Source of the DNA: Paraspadella gotoi
Lineage: Eukaryota > Animalia > Chaetognatha
Assembly: GCA_051294375.1 (NCBI GenBank)
Contig: CM119268.1
Span: forward strand, 616,415 to 680,414
Length of the DNA: 64,000 bases
Reading direction: 5' to 3'
This document shows positions 27,625 through 39,040 of this stretch, one piece after another. Below the pieces are notes generated by a model that saw only the letters and a program-made list of their open reading frames with translations, was not told the DNA's origin and did no database searches. The position numbers were made by a program, and so were the translations under genes. Numbering within the stretch: the first letter of the stretch is position 1; every line of letters begins with the position of its first letter.

Positions 27625-27682
27625 CCGAGAGTCGCAGCACGAGATAGGAAACGATTATAAGAAAAAAAAAATTACGAAACAT
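27625..27682 (-). CDS. Ig-domain protein exon 1 (signal peptide)
   Basis: MFRNFFFLIIVSYLVLRLS plus G|GTGAG (phase 1), in frame with the next exon (A-ENHVV...). Confidence 0.7.
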
Positions 27683-27929
27683 TTTTAATCGCTGAAGTTT
27701 GAATTGAAGTTTGAATAGTCAAAGCAAAAACTGATATTAAATTCTGAAATCAGATCAACCGGAAAATTTTAAATTAAACGTTTGGATAATAAATCTTGGC
27801 GTAATGTATAAATTTTAATACGATATCCCAAAAATTAAAAAAGATTCAAAAGAATAAAAATACTATCGCAATAAAAAAAAGCTGAATAAACCCGAAAACC
27901 ACCTTTGCTTAAATCAGGGTTGCTATCAA

Positions 27930-27970
27930 TCAGACCACCCATGTTGATTCTCCGCTGTCCCGTTCAAAAA
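27930..27970 (-). CDS. Candidate terminal exon of the EGF gene
   Basis: cacAG|IFERDSGESTWVV*, phase 1 compatible; no homology support. Confidence 0.4.
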
Positions 27971-28069
27971 CTGTGATTAGATGATTTATAAATTCTAATA
28001 ATTTTTATTTTAGTAATTTCGATTTCACACCATTTTGAAAATTCTTTGAAATAAAAAAATGGCTTGTAG

Positions 28070-28324
28070 AAACAGCCGGGTTGCCTGCGATGCCCATTGG
28101 GATGGGGCATCTCACTGTTGGCTTTGGGGGCTTGCGACCCTCAGTGACGCCTCCAGTCACTGGCGCGGTTACCCTAGGACGGTCTCGCTTTGCCAACCCA
28201 GAGGGAAGTCGTTAGGACTGTGGATGGAACACAACGCATGGGATGGTGTGGTGTGTTCCCCCTCTGAGCCAATGGATTTGGATGAACGATGGTGGACGTG
28301 AGGCGGTGTGAATATACCACCACA
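28070..28324. mobile_element. Interspersed ~260-bp SINE-like repeat (copy 1)
   Basis: Highly similar to 31582-31842 (gatgcccattgggatggggcatc...gtgaggcggtgtgaatatacc); GC-rich with internal hairpins. Confidence 0.7.
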
Positions 28325-28668
28325 GGCTATTATTTTTTTTTAATTGCAAAATTAATAATAAATTACCAACAAAACCACCAAAATGATCGCAAAAAGAATT
28401 TAAAAAAGAATTTGTTTGCTCGAACTTATTTTTATTTTTAAAAGCTGCTTTCAGAATTCGATCTTAAGAAAAATTTGCAAAACGATGGTGTCTAGCTCGT
28501 GATAAAAGTAAAAATTTTCCGAATCGATGTCTTGAGAAAATAAAATGTCGATTTCATGAGAAAAAGTTTAAAATTAATCACAGGTGTCCTCTCTTTATGA
28601 CAAAATGTTTAAAAATTGTTTTCAACAAATAAGAAAATGAGAAAACAAAATCGATAATCAAGTCTGAC

Positions 28669-28785
28669 TTTTTTCGCAGTTTTCTCCCCGAAATCCAAAG
28701 ACGCATCGACAAGCGTAACTCGATTCCGATTCGAGGACGCATTTACCTCCGTTTAGACAGGGATTATTGGCGCAAGCCTCGATCG
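28669..28785 (-). CDS. EGF-like domain exon 2
   Basis: TIEACANNPCLNGGKCVLESESSYACRCVFGFRGENCEK: six-Cys EGF pattern, phase 1-1, tttcAG acceptor. Confidence 0.92.
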
Positions 28786-28956
28786 CTGAAAAGTGAAATA
28801 GTCATTCCTGTTAATACAAAAAAATATATTGTATTATATTGTAATAATTTCATTTTAAGTCACAAGGTTTTAAAGATTTTAAGGATGAACTAATTCTTTA
28901 TTGACAGATAATGAAAATGGTCAATCTGAAAATGGTCAATCACAGTTTGTACTTAC

Positions 28957-29070
28957 TCGATTCACACGTTGTCCCCTGATAAACATTTAAGCAAATGCAT
29001 CTGAACGCGTTCCCGACTTTTAAGCAAGTCCCTCCATTTTTGCAAGGACTCCTCTCGCAGACATCAATGA
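28957..29070 (-). CDS. EGF-like domain exon 1
   Basis: VIDVCERSPCKNGGTCLKVGNAFRCICLNVYQGTTCES: six-Cys EGF pattern, phase 1-1, GTAAGT donor. Confidence 0.92.
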
Positions 29071-29446
29071 CTAATTAATGGAAACATCTTGTTATTATCA
29101 TATCTATATATAATGATATTTGAAACGTTTCACAATAAGTACGAAAATGATAAGATTTCAAAAATATTGAGAGTACTATAATTTTTAAAAAAACGGATAT
29201 TTGTCTTGTTTTTTGTTTTTTTTGTAATAAACAACTAATAAAATAATAAATACTAAATACTTTTCAAGCGCAGTTGTCGCTTGTGACAGAAAAAAATATT
29301 TTTAATTTCGATTGCTCACTTAAAACCTACAGAAGTAACTTGTTAACAATATGACCGAATAAATACAATATCATGACGAATTTTAAATATATAAATTTTA
29401 TTTTCGCCGTCTGCGAGAAATTCTCACGGAATCACGAATCACTTAC

Positions 29447-29531
29447 CTGGCGTTGAAGTAAGTGCGGAGACGACAACGACGACGACGACGATGATGATGA
29501 TGAGGACAGCTTTCTTGCTTGTGAGGCCCAT
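29447..29531 (-). CDS. Two-EGF secreted protein exon 1 (signal peptide or anchor)
   Basis: MGLTSKKAVLIIIIVVVVVVVSALTSTP plus G|GTAAGT, phase 1. Confidence 0.75.
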
Positions 29532-29610
29532 CTTTAAATCTTTAAATCTTTAAATCTTTAAATCTTTAAATCTTTAAATCTTTAAATCTTTAAATCTTTA
29601 AATCTTTAAA
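29531..29610. repeat. (TCTTTAAA)n octamer repeat abutting the EGF gene start codon
   Basis: About 10 perfect units. Confidence 0.9.
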
Positions 29611-29815
29611 TACAAAGTGTTTATTGTGGAAGAAGTTCACCAAAAGTAGTTTCGAAAGCGAATGATTTATTCTCGGACAAGTCAAGTATAAACAATTAAG
29701 TCAAGTATAAACAATTAACAATTAACTGTTAAAGATAATCGGCGGGAACCAAGTTTACGGTCAGCGTGGTCATTTACATTGTTGGGAGGTTAGTGTCTGG
29801 GTTGAACGGTGAGAC

Positions 29816-29938
<123 letters not shown>

Positions 29939-30234
29939 ATAATACCGCGATGGTCAATTCATTGGTTGTGTACATCCTTATAATTCCTATATAGACAGTG
30001 TTAACATTTCAACGATATCATTTACAAAAAAAGCTTTTAAGACTTTAGACATTTTTTTCCAAAATATTTTAGGCTTATCAGGAAATTGTCAGATCGTTCA
30101 TATTCGATTCAGAGAATTATCTCGGGTATTTCGAGAAAATGATCTTGTATAATTTTGTCAGAACATAATACTTATTTTGCTTTAAACCATAAAAGGAGAG
30201 CATGTGGATAAGGCGCTACGTGGGCTGAAGATGA

Positions 30235-30397
30235 CTGTCCGTAACTGGAACGGGACCCCGGGCTTGGAATCAGGATTGAGGGTTTGCCAAGGCGGTTTAC
30301 GGCTGTCCCCAAGCTTCCCGCAGGGTTGGTACCGGGTTGGGATTGAAACCGGTACCTAGTGGTCATGAGCTGATGGCTTTACTCAATGAGCCACCGG
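30235..30397 (-). mobile_element. tRNA-derived SINE, family B (relatives at ~50240-50390 + and ~58615-58735 +)
   Basis: ggtggctcattgagtaaagccatcagctcatgacc...ggtttcaatccc head with A/B-box-like motifs, and a shared aaaccctcaa.cctg.ttccaagccc..cccgttcca body. Confidence 0.6.
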
Positions 30398-31581
30398 GTC
30401 ATAAGTGAAAGTGTTATGATTCTAGGCGGGGTGAACCTAGGCAATGCCCGACTACAAGCATAATCGTTAAAATTGATGATTATCATTAAAAAACTTTAAG
30501 ATTGACATATTATAGCGATTATATTAATACAACTTGTTCTTTTGCTTTTTTAACTTTTTGGCGGATCCGACTTCTCTTGTCACTGGATTTTTCTAAAAAA
30601 AAATATCAAGACAATTTATAAACAAAAGGGCAAGTTATCGCCTCGATCAAACAAGGTCTGCAGATGCTCTGTTTTCCTCTTGGAACCATAGTCTAAAAAA
30701 TATTGTTAATTTCTTATTTTTTCCTTCTGTTAGTTTACTATTTATATTTTGTTACATTGTAAAACTATATAATTTTTGTGTGTATCTGTTACTCTGTGTG
30801 TAAATTGCATTGCAAAGTTAACCCCGCCTTTTGGCTTTTGTTCTTTGGTTGTTGCTCGTTGAGTAATACCGTCAGCTCATGAGTATTGTACATTCAACTG
30901 TTATGGGTGACCATACCGCGAGTCGTTTACTGTGACTTGTACATTAATCCCAGAACTCCGGATCTGTTGGACTTTGACATCCCTCTCATTCTTCTTTGTG
31001 AATCTGTAGGATGGGAAGAGCTCGTGCTACTTCCGTTGCTTACAGCGAGATTCTGCAGGGTAGAGTTTATTTATTCTATCCAGCTCGCATGTTAAACCTG
31101 GCGTACCGACCGACGCCTGGAACGTGAAGAACAATTTTTTCCTCATTAAAACTTTTCTAATCGAATTGCTCAGATCTTTTGGGTCAAAGCGCGCGTCGCC
31201 ACTGACGCGAACACGTCGAGGAAGCCGATCGCCACTTTTGCCGGAGTTGTCCACCGACATCGCAACCAAACTCTTGTGGTCACTGATCTCGAGCGGCGCG
31301 ACGACTGCCAAACTTGCTCGAGCTGCTCGAGCAAGATTGAGAAGGAGATGAGTGATTTGTGTGTGTGTCGCTGAAGGCGGAGGGAAGAGGAAAAAGCAAA
31401 GGCTGGAGAAAGAGGCTGGAAATATGAATGGATGCAAATGGAGGACTGAGAGGATGAAGAGTGTCGAATCAAACTTGAATTAATAAGGATATTACTAGAC
31501 ATAGTGGTATTTCTCTGTTTTTGTTGCATTTAGAAGAAAAAATTTTTTTTTATTTACTTAGTTTTTATTTTGCTGTTATGG

Positions 31582-31842
31582 CAACAGTCGGGTTGCCTGT
31601 GATGCCCATTGCCCATTGGGATGGGGCATCTCACTGTTGGCTTTGGGAGCTTCCAACCCACAGTGACGCTTCCAGTCACTGGCGCAGTTACTTTAGGACG
31701 GTCTCGCTTTGCCAACGCAGAGGGAAGTCATGAGGACTGTGGATGGAACGCTACGCCTGGGGTGGTGTGTTGTTCCCCCTCTGAGCCAATGAATTTGGCT
31801 GAAGGATGATGGACGTGAGGCGGTGTGAATATACCGCCACAC
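31582..31842. mobile_element. Interspersed ~260-bp SINE-like repeat (copy 2)
   Basis: Direct repeat of 28070-28324. Confidence 0.7.
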
Positions 31843-31932
31843 CGTACATGTTTCGGCTTTTTATTTGCAAGACTTCATTGGTGATTTTGACAAATGTGAA
31901 AAGAGACAACATTTGTTTCACAAACAATGAGT

Positions 31933-31992
<60 letters not shown>

Positions 31993-32923
31993 GAGACATT
32001 TGATGAATCAATACTTTGGGCAATAGAGTGGAACTCTCGAGAACAAAAATTGTAATTGAGTGAACAAACAAGGATCTTTAGATATGAGATATATTATCGA
32101 GTTCAAAAAATATTTTGGTCATATTGTTTAGGGAACAGTATCATAGAGTACAATATATTTATAGTAATATCTTTATATAATAATAAAAATAATAAATAGT
32201 TTTTGGATAATTTTCATTACATATTTTGATTATTCATACAAAGTTAGACCAAAAATATAAAATATGTTATCAATAATTCCTATGACTTTAGCTTCAAAAA
32301 CGAAAAAAAGTTAATTTTTTTTATTTTTTTATTTTTTATAATAGAAACTATTATATGATGAAACATTTTAATCATTTTTAACATAAATATATCATAAAAC
32401 ATAATTTACAAAAGTTTCTTTGTGAAAGATATCTTGCCTCGTATCTCTCATTTCCAGTCAATTTTCAACTGGTCCATTTTTTGGCCTTTAACCTCGATAT
32501 CCGAGTGAGGTTAACGAGAGAAATGGAATTAAAATTGTAAACTCACAAATGTGTTTCACCCGGAGAAACCTCGTTTTTACGAGTTTCCGATGGATATTCA
32601 ATTAATAAATACTATACATTCTACAAATAAAGTTTTCCTTGGCGACTCATGTTAAACAGTTCGATACGGGTGAAATTCAAAACGTGAAAAAAAGTCCCCA
32701 AATCTCACATTCTTTGTTTTTTTTAACAAATCCGAAACTGTTCTTAAAATTAAAAAAATATTATTTTGAAATTTGATGATTTTATAAGGATATTACTATA
32801 AAAAAAATTCAATTTATGATACTATTTAATTGAAAAAAGGCTTCATTATTTTTTATTACAAATACAAAGGCAATAAAAAAACATTGTTCCATAGCTCAAT
32901 CTTTTCATCGCTCCTGGACAGCC

Positions 32924-33325
32924 TTATCTGAATCCCCAGGCAGGTCGGCGTAGATCATTGGATCCGAGGAGCTCCCCTACAGAACCCCAATTTGATCGAA
33001 GGAGGGGGTGGGTGTATTGACGCTCGAGACCGTAAGGGAAGAAAAAGGGCTCGACGTCCGACATCCCTGATACAACATATTTTAAATATTTGTAATAATT
33101 TCTGGATTAAATTGATCTTGTTGTCATTTTGTTTTCGTTTACCCTGCAGATTCTTTCCTTGAACCGAAGCGAGCTCTCGCGTGAATGGACTAAAACCGCT
33201 ATTCTTAAGGTTCATTTGTTTATCATGCAGCAGCCGCCTTGTTTTTGTCACGTGTTTAACCCTATAATATTGTTTTTCTTTATTTCGTAGCCCTTGCAGG
33301 TGATTAGTTTACTTTTATCATCCAT
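32924..33325 (-). CDS. Hypothetical small two-exon protein (33143-~33325 and 32924-33066)
   Basis: ...QYYRVKHVTKTRRLLHDKQMNLKNSGFSPFTRELASVQGKNLQ|GMSDVEPFFFPYGLERQYTHPLLRSNWGSVGELLGSNDLRRPAWGFR*. Phase-compatible GT-AG intron; the start needs one indel; family not recognised. Confidence 0.35.
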
Positions 33326-33593
33326 TATAAAGATCAATATTTATTTTGATTATTATTACCACTTAATAATTAACATTTAAAGAAGATAATTATAAAACCA
33401 AACAATCAGCCAGAAAAACAACCTTCACAATACAAAACATAAAGTCAACCGAGAAACGAAAACTAAAATTAAATAAATTTTAATTTAAATTAAATAAATC
33501 TCAAATTAAAACGAACTATTCGTAAATAAAATAAACGTTTTACGAACGCATTAATAGCCAAAGTTGGCTCCCGGGTTTAGGTGGACGTTGAGA

Positions 33594-33635
<42 letters not shown>

Positions 33636-33767
33636 AGAACAATAAAGAATCAAAGTGTACGAAACAAGAGAAGACGATTTTTAGTCATTTATCGTCGTCG
33701 TCTTCTTCGTCATCTTCATCGTCGCTTTCGTCGTCGTCTTCGTTATCTTCGTCACCATAGCAACGAA

Positions 33768-33791
33768 ATGGCGACGGGACATCGCGGTCAA
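33768..33791 (+). CDS. TRPT1: tRNA 2'-phosphotransferase exon 1
   Basis: MATGHRGQ|GTAAGT, phase 0, matches exon 2. Confidence 0.7.
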
Positions 33792-34057
33792 GTAAGTTCA
33801 AGCTGCTGCTGCTGTGGTTGCTGTTGTTGTAGTTTTTTGTTGTTGGTTGTTGTTCATTTCTTCAGTATTGTCGTTCACTCGATTTTAGATCTCACATTCT
33901 CTCTCTCTCACTCTCCCTTTCTCTCTCTCCCTTTCTCTCTACCTCTCTCTCTCGATCTCCCTCTCTCTCTACCTCTCTTTCTCCCTCTCTCCTTCTCCCT
34001 CTCTCTCTCCCCTCCTCTCTCAATCTCCCTCTCACACAAACTCTCTCTCTCTATCAG

Positions 34058-34139
34058 TCGAGTCTAGTCCGCACTTCGAAGGCGTTGTCATGGTTACTTC
34101 GTCATGGGGCGGAAAAAGAAGGAATTGAATTGGACGAAG
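34058..34139 (+). CDS. TRPT1: TRPT1 exon 2
   Basis: SSLVRTSKALSWLLRHGAEKEGIELDE contains the SK.LS..LRH.A...G Tpt1/KptA motif; GTGAG donor. Confidence 0.92.
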
Positions 34140-34239
34140 GTGAGACTAACTGACCGACCGGAAGAAGGACAGACCCACAGATATACCGACAGTTGGACCG
34201 ACGAACTTGGGTCAAAATTGGTAATTACACGGATTATAG

Positions 34240-34480
34240 GATTTTGGGAAAATAAAATGAAATGGGTCGTTCTGGGAAAATAAGATGAAATGGGTCGTTC
34301 TGGGAAAATAAGATTAAATGGGTTGTTCTGGGAAAATAAGATAAAATGGGTCGTTCTGGGAAAATATGATAAAATGGGTCGTTTTGGGAAAATAAGATAA
34401 AAGGGATCGTTCTGGGAAAATATGATAAAATGGGTCGTTCTGGGAAAATGAGATAAAATGGGTCGTTCTGGGAAAATAAG
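34240..34480. repeat. ~28-bp minisatellite (gggtcgttctgggaaaataagataaaat)
   Basis: About 8 units in TRPT1 intron 2. Confidence 0.9.
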
Positions 34481-35977
34481 GTTGAAAGATTTTGGTTATT
34501 GATATAATTATATTAGGTCATGATCCATACTTCATTTTTCTCCTCTCTCTATTTCTCTTTTTGTTCCTCTCCCTCTGTCTCTTTCCCTCTCCTCCCTCTC
34601 TCTACACCTCTCTTTCTCTCTCTCCCTCCTCCTCCCTCTCTTCCCCTATATATTCTTTTAACATTTAGTCATTTGGGCCACGATCTGCCGCTTCCGCGCG
34701 GGAATGTTCCATCATTCGCCTGCACCGGATAAATTTCGTGACAGACCGAAAGTCGACGATGATGGCTCTAACAAAACTCATCATTGAGAAAGGAGCGCAA
34801 GTTAGAATGAATTTACTTTAATCGCTTCTTGCTTACATTTATGTATCGTATCAAACTTTTGTTTTGTTTAACAAATAAAAAAATTAAGCCATTTGATTGG
34901 ATCTGTATAGTAAAATGCTTAAATTGTCTAAGGCTGATTAAGACTCGAATTTACAGAGTCCGAAACATACGTTTATGGAAAAATAAAATCGTTGTTTTGC
35001 TAAATTAAATAAATTTTTTATCTGTACAACGCAAATAAAAAGAAAGGATTACACAATGGTTAAGATATAAAAAACTTATAAAATGCTCGATAAGGGGCCC
35101 CTATATTGAAAACAATTACTGCCATTTTTTTCTATTTAAATATTTTTATTTTTAAAGAGCAGGTATAATAAACAAACTGTTTAATTTTACAAAACAAAAT
35201 TCTATGAATTAAAGATCCCGAACGACCAAATCCTTAAAAAGTAAAAAATGCTCGTTCAGGGCCCAGTAGTCAGCGATTTCGATATGACATAAAATTTTAA
35301 CCTCACCACGAGATTCTCCACTGTAAAATTTAGTGCGACTTAAGCCTGTCCCCACCTACAAAATATCATTTTTGTTTTTTTTTTGAAAATGATTTAATAA
35401 TATTAGTGGAATACTAATCTGTAGTTATTTTTTTTTACAAATATAGAGCCCAGTCATATTAATGTCAAAATTTTAAAAAAATGTTTTTTTTTTAATTCTG
35501 AGAACAGATTCAAATTCCTTGTAAAAGTTGATATAAGGAAATATTAATCTTTTTAAAAAATTATGTATTAAGTAGGTTAAATTACAAAAAACTAATTTTT
35601 AAGCTGGAAATTACAAATCGCGTTTTAACAACATAAGTCTTTTTTTACAAGTTTTAACACAACTTAATAAAAATAATTTTTAAAAAAGAATTAAATACTT
35701 TCTTATATAAACTTTTTTGCAAAGGAATCCAATCCAATCTTAAAATTTAAACATTTTCATAATAAATAAGCCTCCCTGGTGCTCATAATGTAATAAAAAT
35801 TATAAAATAAATCACCAAAAGTAATTTAATTTATTTTTTCATGTTTTATATGCTTAATATTAATTTTATAAAATTTTATTATTTTCACATCACTTACCGT
35901 GCCTTTTGGCACCTCCAGTGAAACTCCTGTGTGTACTGGCCCAGTGCCCACTGTATTGCCAGCTGCCCCCGCTGTAC

Positions 35978-36223
35978 CTCTAATTCGCCTGAACAATGTC
36001 CACGTAAATCGCAGACGATGGCGGAATTCCTCATTCCAGACACGACGCCTTCGTCGCCTGCATCGCCAGGCGACAGGTGAATGTGATTGCGTTCGGACAT
36101 TCGGGAAATTCCCGCCTGATGACTGGGGAGGGAGAGGGGAAAGGGGATAGAGAGATTGAGAGAGAGAGCAGGGATAGAGAAAGAGAGAGAGAGAGAACAG
36201 AGAGAGAGAGAGAACAGACCAGA

Positions 36224-36258
<35 letters not shown>

Positions 36259-36409
36259 GAAGAGAGAGAGTAAACGTTCCCTAAATTAAAACGATTTTTC
36301 GTTTCACTCTCTCTCTCCAGAGAGTGATAGTGAGAAAGAGAGAGTGAGAGAGAGAAAGTAAACAAAATCGAAGAGAAGGCCATGAAAATATTAGAACCTC
36401 AATGGGAAG

Positions 36410-36469
<60 letters not shown>

Positions 36470-36955
36470 AAGCCAAAAACACAATATTCAAACATTTAAG
36501 ATAATTTATTAAAAGTTGCTGAATGGGTAAACAGTTTCGCTGTGAGAAAATATAAAAAAAGATAAAGGAGGAAGATGGACAGATTAAAAGCGATAGAAAA
36601 AAAAGTACAAAACAGAAATACTCGACTTATAAACAAAATATAAAAAAATACATTAATACAATAAAACCTCCAACATACACTTCTGGATAACAACAAAGGT
36701 TGTCGACCACAAACGGTCATCCGCCCAACTTCCGACCAAGATCGTCACAGTTCCTGACCACCAACTCACCAACAAAATCTGCCCACACGCACACAAACCA
36801 ACACCAATTTTCTCCCACGCATCAAAATAAGTTCCATGAATGAACGTTTTTTCGTATTTTTTCGCTCTTTTCAGTCAAAACTTTGAGATCCCAAATCTTT
36901 CACACTAAAAAAAAATGTCCAGCAGTTTGACAACATCCAAAATGAGCTGCGATGT

Positions 36956-36986
<31 letters not shown>

Positions 36987-37418
36987 ATCTCTCTCTCTCT
37001 CCTCTCTTCTTCTCTCTCTCTTGACTTTGGATAGGCTTTTGATAGGTTAGGGCTTCTATCTATTTTACAAAGATAGTTACATAAGCAGGATCCAGCCGAG
37101 CTGTCAATCAAGAATCTCTCACAGTCACTACCAGAAATCTGCTTTCCTCACCAATAAAGTGGACAATTTTAAAAAGTTAGATAAAAGGAGCATTCCTCTA
37201 ATGTGTTACTAATTTACTAATACAGATAAAACAATGTATTTTACCTTCAACTGTATGACCTTGAATTGCTTTGGATCTGCTTTCTCCCTGTTTCAGGGTT
37301 TCTAAGAGTGAATCTTTGTTTTATCGTTGTCATTGACGACGAGTTCGATTTTGTCTCAGGATCGAGAGATTACGAAAACGAGGAAGACAAAAGGAGAGTG
37401 TCCAAGTCGAGGTATCCT
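35978..37418 (-). pseudogene. Inverted, frameshifted duplicate of TRPT1 exons 3-5 (likely artefact)
   Basis: Exon copies at ~37245-37418, ~36805-36903 and 35978-36122, mirrored around the N gap at 38005-38029. Confidence 0.8.
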
Positions 37419-38099
37419 CTAGAAGGGAGAGGGAGAAGGAGAGGGAGAGAGAAGTGGAGGAGGAGGGAGGGAGAGCGAGAGAAGAGAGGGACAGAGGGGA
37501 GAGGGGGAGAGAGGGAGGAGGAGGCGAGGGGACGAGAGCGAGGAGAAAAAGATGAGGAAGGGGGAGAGAGGGACGGAGGGCGGGAGAGGGAGAGCAGAGA
37601 AAGAGATGGAGGTATAGAGGGAGGGGGAGAGGAAGGAGGAAAGAAGAGGGGAGGTTGTAGGGAAAGGGGGGAGGGGAGGGAGAGAGAAAAGAAGAGAGAA
37701 AGGTGGAGGAGGAAGGGGGAGAGGGAGGGAGAGAGAGAAAAGAGAGGGAAGGGGAGAGGGGGAGGAGGAGGGAAGAGAGAGAAAGAGAGGAAAGGGGAGA
37801 GGGGAGAGAGGGAGGAGGAGGGAGGGAGAGAGGGCAGAGAGAAAAAGAGGAGGAGGGGGAAGAGAGGGAGGAGGGGGAGAGGGAGAAAGAGAGAAAGAGA
37901 TGGAGGTATAGAGGAGGGGGAGAGGGGAGAGGAGAAAGAGGAGGAGGTGTAGGGAAAGGGGGGGAGAGGGAGGGAGAGAGGAAAGAAAAGAGAGGAAAGA
38001 GGAGNNNNNNNNNNNNNNNNNNNNNNNNNCCCTCTCTTTCTCTCTCTCCCTCCCTCCTCCTCCCACTTCTCTCTCCCTCTCCTTCTCCCTCTCCCTCAG

Positions 38100-38269
38100 G
38101 AGGATACCTCGACTTGGACACTCTCCTTTGTCTTCCTCGTTTCCGTAATCTCTCGATCCGAGACATCGAACTCGTCGTCAATGACAACGATAAACAAAGA
38201 TTCACTCTTAGGGAAAACCCTGTAACGGGGAGAAAGCAGATCAAAGCCAATCAAGGTCATACATTGAAG
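38100..38269 (+). CDS. TRPT1: TRPT1 exon 3
   Basis: GGYLDLDTLLCLPRFRNLSIRDIELVVNDNDKQRFTLRENPVTGRKQIKANQGHTLK contains the NDKQRF and I.ANQGH motifs. Confidence 0.95.
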
Positions 38270-38483
38270 GTAAGAATACATTGTTTATCTGTATTAGTAA
38301 ATAGTAACACATTAGAGAATGCTCCTTTTATCTAACTTTTAAAATTGTCACTTTATTGTGAGGGAAAGCAGATTCTCTGGTAGTGACTGTGAGAGATTCT
38401 TGATTGACAGCTCGCTGGATCCTGCTATGTAACTATCTTGTAAAATAGATAGAAGCCCTAACCTATCAAAGCCTATCCAAAGT

Positions 38484-38530
<47 letters not shown>

Positions 38531-38583
38531 CATCGCAGCTCATTTTTGGACTGGTTGTCAAACTGATGGACATTTTTTTTTAG

Positions 38584-38682
38584 GTGAAAGATTTGGATCT
38601 CAAAGTTTTGACTGAAAAAGAAGCGAAAAAATACGAAAACGTCATTCATGGAACTTATTTTGATGCGTGGGAGAAAATTGTG
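38584..38682 (+). CDS. TRPT1: TRPT1 exon 4
   Basis: VKDLDLKVLTEKEAKKYENVIHGTYFDAWEKIV contains the HGT NAD-binding motif; GTGAG donor. Confidence 0.92.
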
Positions 38683-38998
38683 GTGAGTTGTGTGGTGTGG
38701 GCAGATTTTGTGGTGAGTTGGGGTCAGGAACTGTGACGATTCTTGGTCGGAAGTTGGGATGCGTTGTGGTCGAAACCTTTTTTATCCAGAATGTATGTTG
38801 AGGTTTTATTGATTAATGTAATTTTTTTATATTTGCTTATAAGTCGAGGTATTTTCTGTTTTTGTACTTTTTTTTCTATCCTTTTATCTGTCCATCTTCC
38901 TCCTTTATCTTTTTTATATTTTTCTCACAGCGAAAACTGTTTACCCATTCAGCAACTTTAAATAAATTATCTAAATGTTTGAATATTGTGTTTGGCTT

Positions 38999-39034
<36 letters not shown>

Positions 39035-39040
<6 letters not shown>

